NCBI RefSeq assembly: GCF_006345805.1
Contig: NC_043000.1
Span: 88,598,001-88,662,000, forward strand
From: Octopus sinensis
Lineage: Eukaryota
Direction of reading: 5' to 3'
DNA: 64,000 nt
Part shown: positions 27,399-41,887 of the stretch, one piece after another
How the letters are laid out: the number at the start of each line of letters is the position of its first letter
How positions within the stretch are numbered: position 1 is the stretch's first letter
Notes under the pieces: model-generated
The model's database searches: none
What the model was told of the DNA's origin: nothing
What the model saw: only the letters and a program-made list of their open reading frames with translations
Program-made: the position numbers and the translations under genes

Positions 27399-28219
27399 CA
27401 GGGTGCGGTGAATAAGTTGTCGTCTAAATTACACAAAAACGAAAATAACATTGACATCTCATTTTAACATTTACTAAAAGTATATAAGAAAACATCTTGA
27501 AATACTAAAGAGTAACTTTATTCAATGAAATTACCGTTGACTTCAACCACAGCCTCCAGAGGACTTCGGAACCTCCTGCAACTCTTCTGGACGTTATCCT
27601 TGCTTAAATTGGTAATTGCTGCTTTCAGTTCATCTTTGGTGTTACAAGGAGTTTTGTTAGTCTTTCGCTCAACTGCGCCCCACACATAATAATCAAGGAG
27701 CTTGCAGTCTGGGGAGTTAGGTGGCTAGATGTTAGGGGTGATATGGCCGCAGAAATTGTCTGCCAGCCGTTACTGGGTTCTCCTACTTGTGTGACATGGT
27801 GTAGTCTTGTTCCTAGACAAGGTGTCCCAAAACCTCTTCACAAGGCAGTTGATGTAGGCCTTTGTGTTGAGTATGAGGCCGTGTGGGAAGATGAATGGAG
27901 GATTAACGTCGCCATCACTAGTGATCACTCCAAACACCATGATCTTAACTGGATGTTTGATTTTCCTCACTTTCGGTACATGGTCTCAGATTGACACCCA
28001 AACAGTCGGAAATGTTCGTGGTGGAGCTTCCAGCGCGAATACCAAGCGGTATAGCATGCCGTTTCCAAATTTCTGGTAGAAGGAATTGCGTTAAGATGCT
28101 GTTTTTCTCACAGACGGTGCCCTACTGACCACACTATATTGTGTGGTCGACAAAATCAAAAACAAACAATGCGCGAAATAAAGGATATGAAATGGCGACA
28201 ATTTACACAACGCAACCTG
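27399..28219 (-). mobile_element. Internally deleted Tc1/mariner element (DD37D/maT-like)
   Basis: TIRs cagggtgcgg.../...cgcaacctg with TA; minus-strand KHPVKIMVFGVITSDG, PCHTSRRTQ, PPNSPDCKLLDYYVWG. Confidence 0.85.
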
Positions 28220-29179
28220 TATATACACACTTATACAGTTTTCTGTAAATGTGTGGGTTTAGTGGGTAGGATGTTGCACTTATGATCGTAGGATTGTGGT
28301 TTCGATTCCGGGACCGGCTGATGCGTTGTCCGTGAGCAAAATACTTCTTTTCACGTTGCTCTAGTCCACTTAGAAGGCAGAATGGAGAAAACGGGTCGAA
28401 CACAGAAATACATATTTGAAGATATGCAAACACAAATTCTGATGCACGTATCTACATATCTAAAAGATACTAATTAAACAAAAAAGATATTCACGCAGCA
28501 TAAGCAAATAGAAACCGAACAGAATTTTATAAGTAACTGAATACGGTTAAGTAACATATTTTGGCAAGTAAAATATACTTCAAACACGCTTCAATCACGT
28601 AAGTTCATTGGGATAACAGAAATATCATTAAATAAAGGTATAAGTTTTTGTATAAAACGGTAGAATGTGAAATTGTCGTACATACGATGAAAGTAAGTTT
28701 TTATTAAATCTATAATTTTAACTTCGTCGGATGAATTCTTTCAGATGTAATGTTTGAAATACAAACTTGTTATTGAAGTATGTATTTCATTTAAGAAGTA
28801 CATACTTACATATATCAAGTAGCACTTCATATTTCAAAAAGAATTTATCAGAATGTTTTGACAATACTCGTATATGTGTCAATATTTAACAGACAATTAT
28901 ACTATAATTTCTCATGCTTCCTATGTCGTGCCTGTATGTTGTAATTATCTTTTATGTCACTTATTTTAGCTCTGATGTCATCCTTTGGCATTTGCGACGT
29001 TGATAACAAATTTTTATGCAAAGAAATTAAAGACTAATAGTTTTATATTATTGACTCAATTATTGAAGATACTTCAGAGCTGATATATATGTGTGTGTGT
29101 GTGCGCGCGCGTGCATCTGCATGTATGTACGTATGTAAGTGTATATATATACACACACACACACATATATGTATATATG

Positions 29180-29222
<43 letters not shown>

Positions 29223-29251
29223 ATGCATACACATACACACACACATATATA

Positions 29252-30330
29252 CAGAAAAAATTGGAAAAGGTACCTGGTTGATTGCTTTAGCTTATGGCAG
29301 GAAGCATTGACAAGTTAACTGAATTCAAAAGCATGTTAAACAACCTCAGCAATAACATCCAATTCACAATGGAATTTAACTCCAAAGAACTTGCCTTCCT
29401 GGATATCCTAATCAAAAACCAAGATGGGAAAATATAAACGGACATATTCAACAAAGCCACCGACTCCAAACAGTTCCTTCTTTTCACATCATGTCACCGG
29501 AAACACATTAAATTCAACATTTCCTTCAACCTGGCTAAACGAATTTGTACCTTAGTATGAGAATCATCCAAACGTGAACAAAGACTAGAGGAGCTGAAGG
29601 ACACATTCATCCAAAGAGCCTTCCCTCCTGGCATAATCATCAACGGAATAAACAAGGCGAAACAAATGGATGTCATTGAACTTAGGAAAACAAAAACAAA
29701 AAAGGAAAAATGTTTTACCATTTATGTCAACCTTCGATCCCAGGAACCCCGAAATTTATGATCACATCCACAAAACCCTCCCCATCTTAAGTGCAGATGA
29801 AAAAATGAGAAAAATCCTTAGAAAGACAACAAATCATCAATAGCAAAAGGCAGCCCGAAATACTAAACCCATTGTTACTGGAGCAAAAACGGACAAAGAA
29901 AGCCCCAACCTAACGGTCACAATGTGCGCGAGAACAAACTGCGGCACTTGCCGTTACCTAATTCAGGGGCCAGAATGTAAATCCAAAGATGGCCAAACCT
30001 TCAAATAAAAGTCCAATCTCACCTGCAACACGGAAAACCTGATATACGTAATCACATGCAATAGGTGCCAACATAATTACATAGGTCAGATAGACGGATC
30101 GTTATTCACCAGATTAACGACCCATCGCCAACAGATCCGAGACAAAAGCACAAAGAAAATTCCTTTAAGCAGTCACATTGCAACCTGTGCAGGAATGTTT
30201 TTACCAAATTTAAAATATTTTCCGTCTATAAGTGCTGAGTTTCCTTCAAGCAATAACAAAGATTAAAGCAAGACAGGCAATTTATTAACAAGTATAAACC
30301 ACAATTAAATATAGATCCAACCACAACCAA
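29252..30330 (+). mobile_element. 5'-truncated Penelope-like element, Neptune-type (RT end, Cys-rich linker, GIY-YIG)
   Basis: WKRY..DCF, NIQFTME, LAFLDI, SCHRKH, CARTNCGTC, LTCNTENLIYVITCNRCQHNYIGQ; starts at a TA/CA microsatellite and is followed by a (CA)-rich tract. Confidence 0.88.
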
Positions 30331-30438
30331 TAAATAAGAAACAGACACTTAAAAACAATTTTATACACGTTATTATCATTTTGAAAAATACTTCCCATTA
30401 TTTCCTAAATCTTTTTCCCAATAATTATAAATGCCAGC

Positions 30439-30512
<74 letters not shown>

Positions 30513-31156
30513 TACACTCATAGAAAAGAAAACAACACAAAAGCACACGCACATACACACATAAGAAAACGTCCCCAAAAAGACACTCACACACATGCAC
30601 AAACACACCGACACATACACTCACGCACTCACACAAACACACACATACACACAGCTGGTGACCACACACATAGAGACATTCAAAAGAATACATCCTATCC
30701 AAACGAAAATCGCAATTCTTTCTTCAACAAGACATTCATCACAACATACACACCTAGCAATAAACAGCTGGTTACTTTCCAAACATACGGAAAGTACATT
30801 CAACACAATATACTTACACACACTCACACACACAACAGTGGACATAAAACCAATTCAATAAATGCTTTTTTAGTCACTCCCTTGGCAGAAAAACACAAAG
30901 ATTTCTTTTAGATAATAGACACCCTTTATCTCACTCTCCAACACTTTGAACACTATACCAAACTATAGTTAAAGTAGACTTCAACGATAATTTCCAGACA
31001 TGTTCTTGACCCCCCAGACAGAGAATAAACTGTTTTTGTTAAATATTTAATGATATTTGATAAAATGAGTTTCATCAGAACAAGTAACATTTTCTTTATA
31101 TAATTCCGTAAATCATTTTTATTAAATTCCCTCTAAAATTGAAATGGCTTAGCCAC

Positions 31157-31186
<30 letters not shown>

Positions 31187-31193
<7 letters not shown>

Positions 31194-31260
31194 GGCAAAC
31201 CACTATGTGGACACCCTTATGCTAGCATAAGGGTGTCCACATAGTGGTTTCCCTCTAATA
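31187..31260. repeat. 74-bp loopless palindrome at the end of a PLE-type terminal repeat (repeat extends to ~31370)
   Basis: tattagaggcaaaccactatgtggacacccttatgctagcataagggtgtccacatagtggtttccctctaata, one mismatched pair; downstream atatgctagaccactgg shared with ~45143-45159. Confidence 0.9.
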
Positions 31261-31384
31261 TGTGTATAATACAATTTTACTGAAACTTCATTTTTTTTAT
31301 ATGCTAGACCACTGGTGTGAAATCGATGTTAATTAAATTGATATCTAATTTCTCACCTTCATTTTAAATATATATATATATATA

Positions 31385-31721
31385 TATTCTCTTTTACTAT
31401 TTTACTTGTTTCAGTCATTTGACTGCGGTCATACTGCAGCACCGCCTTTAATCGAGCAAATCGACCCCAGGACTTATTCTTTGTAAGCCGAATTCTTATT
31501 CTATCGGTGTCTTTTGCCGAACCGCTAAGTTACAGGGACATAAACACACGACCATCGCTTGTCAAGCGATGTTGGGGGTACAAACACATACACACACGGG
31601 CTTCCTTTAGTTTCCGTCCACCAAATCCACTCGCAAGGCTTTGGTAGGGCCGAGGTTGTAGTAGAAGACACTTGCCCAAGGTGCCATGCAGTGGGACTTA
31701 CGACACAGCCATTCCTGCGCC
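31385..31721 (-). mobile_element. CORE-type SINE family B
   Basis: Reverse complement of the 25751 family with a small head deletion. Confidence 0.85.
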
Positions 31722-31837
31722 TATATATATATAAGCATATCACATCAATGCAAAGTCACTTTGATCCATGTTGATTCGTTAGCTACTGCACGCATTTTTT
31801 TTCTCTCCTTCTTTCTGTGTTTTTCTCTCTCTGTGTA

Positions 31838-31875
31838 TCTTTCTGTTGAAGAGCGTAGGCTCGAAACGTTAAAGA
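31838..31875 (+). ncRNA. Minimal PLE-type hammerhead ribozyme motif (A6->U variant)
   Basis: TCTTT-CTGTTGA-A-GAGC-gtag-GCTC-GAAAC-GTT-AAAGA: stem I TCTTT/AAAGA, stem II GAGC/GCTC, loopless palindromic stem III (ACGT). Confidence 0.65.
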
Positions 31876-32085
31876 CTTGTTTTATTTATATTTCCTGAGC
31901 GCCATACTAATACAATTGTTCGTTTGTTTTCCACCTGCCTTCGTCTTTTGTTTATTTTCATAAAGCTTCCCGTTATATATAAGCATATATATATTATATA
32001 TTTACACACACGCACACACACACACGCGCGCACACACAGACACACACACACGCACACACATGCACACACACACGCACATATATAT

Positions 32086-33328
32086 AGGCGCAGGCATGCC
32101 TGTGTGGTGTGAAACTTGCTTCCCAACCACATGGATCCTGGTTCAGGGACCTAGTATTTTCATTCGCAAAATATGCATTTTTCAAGAGGAAGTAAAAATC
32201 TGAAAATCGGCTATAATAATGTAGTCTTCCAGTCTCGTTGCTACGAAGGTATGATGTTGTGGAGAAAAAAATTGGAGGAAAAAGTTAGAGGTTTAAAAGT
32301 CGGTAAAACTCTCTAGCCAATAGTGAGACAGAAATTTTCTGCGTTTAGCGGAGCGGTGTCAACTTTAAGTTTGGCCCTGTGAAATGTATTGTTTAGCGTC
32401 TGTGACATGAGCTGTTCATTGTAGGTTTCTAAAGAAACAGAAATACCTAATAAAATCGACATGTATCATCTTACTGTTTGTTTTGTCTCTTCAATTATTG
32501 TATGTTTTTATCATTTTTTTAGATGTTATATTAATATATTTGCTTATTTCAGTTGTATGTATACCTGTCATGTATTTGTGTACATCATTAACATATAAGT
32601 GTATGTGGATGTATATATTCATATATAAGTTTATATGTACATTTATGCATTCATGTCTGTGTGTGTGTGCGTGTATGTGTGAGAAAGCGTCTGTGTGTGT
32701 GCTGTGTGTGTGAGTGTTTGTGCATGTGCGTCTGTCACCAAAACTCCAAAGTTGAGTAATGTTTTCATGCTTGGATTTGTAAAATACTATAAGAATAACA
32801 TACATCAAGTAAACAATATGTAAAAATACTAACATGGGAAAAGCACAGAAAAATAGTAACACACCGAAGCAGAGAAAAATATGTAATATACTAACACACA
32901 GAAAGATTAAAACAAAATACGTGGGTGAAAAGAATATCATGGTGTGTGGAATCAAGAGTGAAAAATCAACATAGAACAATATGCAGCACGGCACAGCATG
33001 AACCACAACACAACGTTCGGTTACATGGGAACAAACTGCAAGTACCACACTGTCTGTTGATTGACTAAAATTACCCAAATTTCTCAACTCTAATTCCAAA
33101 TAACTTCAGATTCTTTAATTTACGAGATAAAGTAATTGGTTGATCGTAATCAAAATTCAGAGTTGTATCGATACACCAAAATTGAAAGCAATCTGAGCAA
33201 AATTAAATTTTGCGAATGAGAAGACTAGATCCGGGTTCAGTACCGGGCCAATATCTTCTACTATAGCCTCAGATTGACCAAAGCCTTGTGGGTGGATTTG
33301 GTAGACGGAAACTGAAAGAAGCCCGTCG

Positions 33329-33366
<38 letters not shown>

Positions 33367-33590
33367 GGTATGTATGTGTGTTTACGTGTGTGTCCGGGTT
33401 TTTACACTTTCATCATTTGACAACCGATGTTGGTGTGTTTACATCCCCATAACATAAGCGGTTCGGGAAAAGAAACCGGCAAAATAAAAAACAGGCTTAT
33501 ATAAGTATCTGGAAGCGATTTCTTCGATCAAAAGGCTGTGCCCCAACATGACCGCAATCAAATGACTGAAACAAGTAAAAGAATATAAGA
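32086..33590 (+). mobile_element. CORE-type SINE family B split by a DNA transposon
   Basis: Head at 32086-32146; the rest resumes at 33233 after the duplicated ggttcag. Confidence 0.8.
32147..33232. mobile_element. Non-autonomous DNA transposon with GGA(T/C)C TIRs and 8-bp TSD (Merlin-like)
   Basis: ggacctagtattttcattcgcaaaat versus attttgcgaatgagaagactagatcc; TSD tggttcag/gggttcag. Confidence 0.75.
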
Positions 33591-34063
33591 ATATATATAC
33601 ACACACATATGTATGTACGTATGTATGTATGTATTATGTATGTATGTATTTATGTATGTATGTATGTATGTATGTATATATGTATGTATGTGTATGTATA
33701 TTATCTTTTCCTTGTTTTAGTCGCCAGTGATGCTGGAGCTCCGCTTTAAAGGGTTTTAGCCGAATGAATCGCCCTAGTACTTATCTTTAAAATTTATCTA
33801 TGGTTGAGTTGCTAATTAACGGTTGGTGGGGGCACTAACATACAGAAACTCATTCACAAGGCGTTGATCTCAGCGGGTCCACATTAGAAGACACTTCCTT
33901 ATTTATCTATATACTTATGTGTAGGTGTGTATGTTTTGTATGTGTGTGTGCGCGCGTGCATGCGTGTGAGTGTGTGCGTGTGTGCGTACGTGTGTGTATG
34001 TGCCTGTGTGTATTTGTGTGTGTGTATATATATACATAGATATGTCTGTATGTATACGTATAA

Positions 34064-34290
34064 GGCGGCGAGCTGGCAGAAACGTTAGCACGCCGGGCGA
34101 AATGCGTAGCCGTATTTCATCTGCCGTTATGTTCTGGGTTCAAATTCCGCCGAGGTCGACTTTGCCTTTCATCCTTTCGGTGTCGATTAAATAAGTACCA
34201 GTTACGCACTGGGTTTGATATAACCAACTTAATCCGTTTATCTGTCGTTTGTCTCCTCTGTGTTGAACCCCTTGAGGGTAGTAAAGAAAT
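34064..34290 (+). mobile_element. SINE family A (long-tail variant)
   Basis: Close match to 2031-2264. Confidence 0.9.
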
Positions 34291-34329
34291 TTGTATATAT
34301 GTATATCGCCATTTTATAGAATACCCTGT

Positions 34330-35674
<1,345 letters not shown>

Positions 35675-35750
35675 TATTCAAGAATCTAGTTTTCAAGTAA
35701 AACTCTATTAAATAGTAAGTATCACGTAGTTGCTAATAAATAATAAAATA

Positions 35751-36316
35751 TTGCGTTGTCCGGAAAGTTCGTGCTGATTTACATTTCGCCTTATTTTAGA
35801 AGATGGCTGAGTCCATAAAATAGGATTTTACTACACCTCCATTTAGAGCACAGTTTAAGCTATCTTTTTGTGGAAGAAGGTTTATGTTCCTATAACCTGT
35901 GTTAGTTCTGTAACCCTTTAAAATGGAAGATAAGAAAGTTCCTTTTCGGCACTTGATGCTTTGGGAACCAGACAAAAATTTCTGCAGCTCGGCTGCGATG
36001 TGTTACCCCACCCTTCATATTCAGTAGCTATTGCTCCTTCGGATTTCCACTTATTCAGGTCTCTGCAGAATAGTTTTAATAGTCAAAATTGCAATTCCTT
36101 GGATGACGTAAAAAAGATACCTTGATGAATTCTTTGCTATGAAACCACCTTTTCAAGTTAAAGGAAAGATGGAGACGCATTGTGCAACAAAATGGTTCAT
36201 ATTTGGTTGATTAAAAATGTAATGGTAAGTATTTATTGACCTTTTTCATTTCTCTAAAAATTTATTAACCTTTTTCTTTCCTTTAAAAATCGGCACGAAC
36301 TTTCCGGACAACCCAA
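35751..36316 (+). mobile_element. Internally deleted mariner (MITE-like) with intact TIRs
   Basis: TA-ttgcgttgtccggaaagttcgtgctgattt ... aaatcggcacgaactttccggacaacccaa-TA; N-terminus MEDKKVPFRHLML joined to PHPSYSVAIAPSDFHLFRSLQN. Confidence 0.9.
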
Positions 36317-36809
36317 TAGTTTGTCTTATATTAATAACAAATTTTATGTGAAATTTATTAATGGCAGTACAAGTTTTCAGCAAACTGTAATTGTTAGTGT
36401 GTATAAACTTAGTGATAACGTCTATTTATGTTACTCTCTGGCAAAATGCAATTATGTCTCCATTAAAAACCTATAGCCCCGCAAAAGTAGAGGTAAAATT
36501 GAATGCTTTTAAATTAAACGTTGTTTTATCTAAATTATTGTTCGTTAATGAAGTGTTTGAATGGTTATTGACCCTAACTGAATGATTGTTTTATAATATT
36601 AGTTGCGTGGTTATTTAATGTATTAAATTTTAAAATTAATTAAAATGTTCGAGTTGAAATTCTTCTGATCTCAGAACACTTCACTTTGCAGTGAACTATT
36701 CTGAGATTAGAAGCAATTCTTCTATTCCTTCGGGCTATTACCAATTTCTTGTGCGTATATGTTTGTTTATTTATTTGTGTGTGTGTGTATGTGTGTGTGC
36801 GTGCGTGTA

Positions 36810-37130
36810 GAAAGAAGTTCGCTTCCCAACTACATGGCTCCGGGTCAGTCTCACCGCATGGTATTTTGGACAAGTGCATTCTACTACAGCCTTAAGCTGA
36901 CCAATGCCTTGAGAGCGAATTCGTTAAACGGAAGTGAGAGAAGCCTGTTGCGTCTGTGTGTGTATGTGTGAGTGTCATTGTATCTATCTTTCTCCACCAC
37001 TGCTGCTTAACAATCTGTGTTGGTGTGCTTACGTCCCCATTTCAAGCGGTTCGGCAAGAAAAACTCATAGAGTAAGTGCCATGCTTAAACAAAATAAGTA
37101 CTCGGGTCGGCTCTTTCGACTAAAAATCCT
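36810..37130 (+). mobile_element. Decayed CORE-type SINE family B
   Basis: Similarity to 25751-26164. Confidence 0.7.
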
Positions 37131-37134
37131 TCAC

Positions 37135-38400
37135 ACACAAATAATGCAGTTTTTTTTCAATTGCATGAACTAAAAGTCGGAGGGGTACGGTATAAACTAC
37201 CTGCATCAACTTGCTACAAAAGTAGGTAATACTTTTACCTTGTCCTTATTCTTAGTGACAGTTTTGAAGAGTGCAGTTCAATTTTAACAGTTGTTCTTTT
37301 CAAATGGAAGTGACAAAGGATCTTATTCGGCATATTTTGTTTTATGAGTTCAATAAAGGCAACAACGCAACGCAAAGTGTGGGGAATATTAATGTAGTAT
37401 ATGGGGATCAGACAAGAAGCGTAAGCCAATTTCAACGGTGGTTCCCAAAATTCCGAGCCGTAAATTACAGCCTGAGCCTCGTCCTGGAAGATGTGTAGAA
37501 CTTAATGAGGACGTCCTGCAAACCCTGGTGGAACAAAATCCCATATCAACTGTTGAAGAACTAGCAGAGAAGCTTAGATTTGGTAATTCAACCATTCATC
37601 GCCACCTGTGTGCCATCAGAAAAGTCAGCAAATTGGGTCAATGGGTTATTCACAAAATTTCCGAGTGTAATCGCACGCAGAGGGTGAATGCGTGCTCTTC
37701 TTTGCTGTCACGTCTCACGAATGAATCTTTTTTTGACAGAAAAGTGACTAGTGACTAGTAATGGGTTCTCTATAAAAATGTCTAGCGCCGATGACAGTGT
37801 GTCGGGAAAACATAAACACCGGCACCCCAAGTTAAAGAAAGTCTTCACACACATAAGATGTTGCTATCTCTTTGGTGGGATATGAAAGATATAGTCCACT
37901 TTGAAATTATAAACCCAAACCAAACGATAACATAGGAGATCGATTACAAGCTGTTTGAGCGGCTTAAGTCAGCGCTAGAAGGAAAATGACCATCTTTAGT
38001 TTCAAGACAAAAGGTGTTCTTCCATCAGGATAATGCTTGGCCACATACCGCGAAGATGACATACCAAAGGCTGGAGCAGTTCGAAAGGGAAACGATGCTC
38101 CATCCACCATATTCCCGGACAATGCCCCGTCTGATTACCATTTATTCCGCAGTCTTCAAAATCATTTGGATGGAAAAAATATGAATTCTGTAGACGCGGT
38201 CAAAACAGCAATGGAGGAGTATTTTTCGTCACGGACAAATGAATTTTGGAACAGGGGCCTTGAAAGTCTACTAGATAGATGGAAAAGCATTGTAGATAAT
38301 GAAGGAGAGTATATTTTAGATTTAAAAAGAATTTTGTCTATTTTAATGTTGAAAAATGTCAGAAGTATAGGAAAACCGCATTGTTTATGGGACGACTCAA
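37135..38400 (+). pseudogene. Near full-length mariner (DD34D) element, transposase with frameshifts and stops
   Basis: MEVTKDLIRHILFYEF.., KLGQWVIHK, VTSD, PDNAPSDYHLFRSLQN; 3' TIR aaaaccgcattgtttatgggacgactcaa-TA. Confidence 0.92.
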
Positions 38401-38423
38401 TATATATATATATATATATATAA

Positions 38424-38755
38424 GCTTTTATTGTTTTGCTAGTTTCAGTCATTTCACTGCGTACAGTCATGCTGGATCACCTCCTTTAGTCGAAGATATC
38501 GATCTCAGGGCTTATTCTTTGTAACCCCACTGCTTATTCTATCGGGGTTTTTTTTTGCCGAACTGTTAACTTACAGGAATGTAAGCACACCAACATTGGT
38601 TGTCAGGCAATGTTGTGGGCGCAAAGGAACATACAAATATACCGATTCTATCAGTTCCACTCACGAGGCTATAGTAGAAGACACTTGCCCAAAGTGCCAC
38701 GCAATGGGACTGAATCCGGAAACCATGTGTTTGGGAAGCAAGCTTCTTACCACAC
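38424..38755 (-). mobile_element. CORE-type SINE family B (deleted)
   Basis: Reverse-complement similarity to 25751-26164. Confidence 0.8.
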
Positions 38756-38785
38756 ACAGAATATAAATATGTATACATATATACA

Positions 38786-38850
<65 letters not shown>

Positions 38851-38875
38851 TTGTGTGTGTATATATATATACATA

Positions 38876-39060
38876 ATCATTATTAAAGATGCAAAAAAAT
38901 CACAAAAATATCACAAAATACTGCTACTAAAACTTTCACGTTCCCGTTCGACGGACAGTTTAGATTGAGAATTTAAAGTGTCAGACGAACGGGAACGTGA
39001 AACTATAGAAGCAATTCTTTTTGTAATATTTTCGTAATACTTTTGAAGCTTTGATAGTAA
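38876..39060. repeat. Fold-back of a PLE-type terminal repeat with degenerate hammerhead on each arm
   Basis: tttcacgttcccgttcg versus cgaacgggaacgtgaaa; minus arm reads ACTGT-CCGTCGA-ACGggaaCGT-GAAA..GTA-GCAGT. Confidence 0.75.
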
Positions 39061-39173
39061 TAAACCTTATTACTCTACTTCCGGTATTTGAGTACCATGT
39101 TTTTGCTCCTTATTTCGAATTTATGTGCTTACTTTGGTATATATACAGAGATACATACACACACACGTACGCA

Positions 39174-39227
<54 letters not shown>

Positions 39228-39299
39228 CATATACATCTTCTTTATTAGTTAATTTAGTCTACCATTGGTTTCATGTTGAGAAAAGTAGGAAAATTTTAG

Positions 39300-41860
39300 T
39301 GTCCTAACAATTTTTCAAGCCGATCACATGGTAAAGAGGTATTCGCCTCCATTTTGGAAAATAGTCTCGCTTCGTTCACGGGATTTCTCCTAAATTCATG
39401 CAAATAAACAATGAATCAATGAATCAATGATAGTTAATCTTGAGTGGCATCTCTTTGGATGTTTACCTCCCTTTGATTTGCCTTTTGGGTAAGTTTTTGC
39501 GATTTATTTGTATTAGTTTGCCCTATTTTGTTTTTGATCTGGGCATGGTGATTTTGTACCTGTATGTCGAGGTAGTTCGTCATTGAGGTATATTTCTTAG
39601 TGTGAAGTTTGTGTGCTATATGTGTTCACGTTTAGGAAAGGGGTTATCCTTGCAGCTTTATCCTCGTTTATAAGGGCTCTTCTTTAAAATATTTGAGGGT
39701 AAAAATATAGCTTGTGTATGCAGGGAGAGGCCATTATACTATTATACGCAGTTATATTTATTATTTTTAAACCTTCATACATCTTATAAGCACATTTTAT
39801 CCACATTATACCATGTACGCATCTCAGTATAGTAACTAAGATTAATCCTAGGTAGTCACTTTATTATCTTGATTTATTTATCTATAAATTTATTATTTAT
39901 TTATTTATTATTTATTAGTTATTTATTTTTCCATTTAGCTATTTACTTATTGAGCTAAAGTATATACCTAAAAATATTATTCACTTATAATGTCTAACTC
40001 ATTTTAATTTAATTCTACTATTACTACCTTTACTTACCTACCCTTGACCGGAAATTATTTCCATATGTTGAACAATACATATAAAGCGAAATTACTTCTT
40101 GTTAATAAGTTTATCAACCTCTTTATTTATTTATATTAATAACAAACTATGGTTGAATAGTAAATATGGCATTTTATCCCATAAACTATAACTTAACTAT
40201 ATAATTGTTCATTGACGAACTTCCTCTTAATATTCTGTAGCTTTCCTCCTACCTTATTTTTCTCTTATCCTCCCTATTGTTATTTGCTTTTTCCCTCTAA
40301 GTTAATTTCCTATTTCCAGTATGAAGTCACCCACATTAAAAACAATTATTAGTAAATTGTAACATATTGACCCTTTTTATGCCTTTATTTGAAAACTTTG
40401 ATGTACTCCCTCCTTACTTTATAATTTTCACCTAAATTATTTTCCTCTTCACTACTCTCTCGTCACTTCCCTCCATACTAGATTGTTATATTTCCGTTAT
40501 CTAGGCTTACTTCATAAAACGCTGTTATTTGATATTTTTGACCAATGGATTTTAGTTTGATTTCATTATTCATTTGATCAATTCAGTATAAGTTTTGGGG
40601 GTGTTAGTCTCTCCTATATTACAAATATGTTCATATATTAAGTATATTTTCATTTATCTATTTACTTACTCATTACCGTATTGGTTTAGTATTTCATTCT
40701 ATCTCCATTAAACACTATTGAACTTAATATAGTTCTAAGCGTGACTATATATAATCTATAATGCTTAATTTATAATATTAAATTTCTATACTCCTAAGTC
40801 CTTATATGTTTTAGGTTACTATATACTTTATATATAAATTTCACACAATTGTGAAATTTATATATAAATACGTCTTTTGCCCACAACTAATTATATTTTC
40901 TATACATATACATGTAAACGTATGTTTATATTTACGTAATAACAAATTCTCATTTGCCTACTCACTAATCTATTATTATTTGCTTACTCATTAATCTATT
41001 ATTATATTATCTTATTATATGCTTGTTGCACTTTTGATTTAGCTCTATACATATAAGTTATGTATTGTATTTATATATAATGTACTAAAAATATATTTTC
41101 ACCTATTACCCTACTTACATTTATTTAATTCACATATACACCATAATTACTTAAATAATTACAAACTTATTTTTAATTTTCACTCTGCTTTTTCTATTCA
41201 TAATTATTTATTGGCTTACGATAGCATTAATTAACATACTGTTTACTTTATAATACCGCTAGCTATCCATAATATATTACTAGCTATATTTTCATAACCA
41301 CATTCACAATTACTTTTATTTGAAACTTAATTATACTTTAGAGATATATATCTTTTATCACCACATCTTATTCTTATCTTTATTTTCATTTTTATAACTT
41401 TGATAAATATACTACTCCCTCCACTTTGTAAGGTTTATACCATGTTCTTTCTACAAAACATCAGTTTGTGGATTTGCTCCCTACACTCAACACCCAATGA
41501 TTTGAAAATGTAAGGGTATATCTTTTTCCACCTCCCATGAGATTCAACTTTAAAATGTTTTTAAATATAGTAATTAATTTATAAAGCCTTGAATCGAAAC
41601 AGCTGTCAGAGATAAAATCCAGTTTTATAATTATTAAATAATTATTAATTTAATTATCTGTCTATTTTCTTATTTTCTTAAAGATATATATAAATCCCGG
41701 TTTATTCAATTAACTTACAGTTGAATATTAAATGTAATATTCAATACTTTTTGTAATAGGTAAATAGTAATTAACCAGTATATTCATTGGATTTTAGTAT
41801 GTCTTAATGGTTTTTTTTAACGTTTAATTAAACTTTTATATAGATGTATTTACAGGAGTA
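39300..41860. mobile_element. Heavily decayed AT-rich PLE-derived region
   Basis: Minus-strand YKIT-CPD..IGQTN GIY-YIG remnant at ~39510-39560; degenerate hammerhead at 41530-41611. Confidence 0.45.
41530..41611 (+). ncRNA. Degenerate type I hammerhead motif
   Basis: CCCATGA (for CTGATGA)-GATTCAA..loop..TTGAATC-GAAAC-AGCT-GTC-AGAG: 7-bp stem II, palindromic stem III loop, GUC site. Confidence 0.55.
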
Positions 41861-41887
41861 TTAGAGGAATCAAGTTACGTATGTATG

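Noticed and set aside
31040-31085. CTGATGA on the minus strand
   Set aside because: No matching GAAA..UH or pairing stems; likely chance.
32491-33099. 202-aa hydrophobic ORF
   Set aside because: Low-complexity T-rich sequence inside a non-autonomous transposon; no domain recognised.
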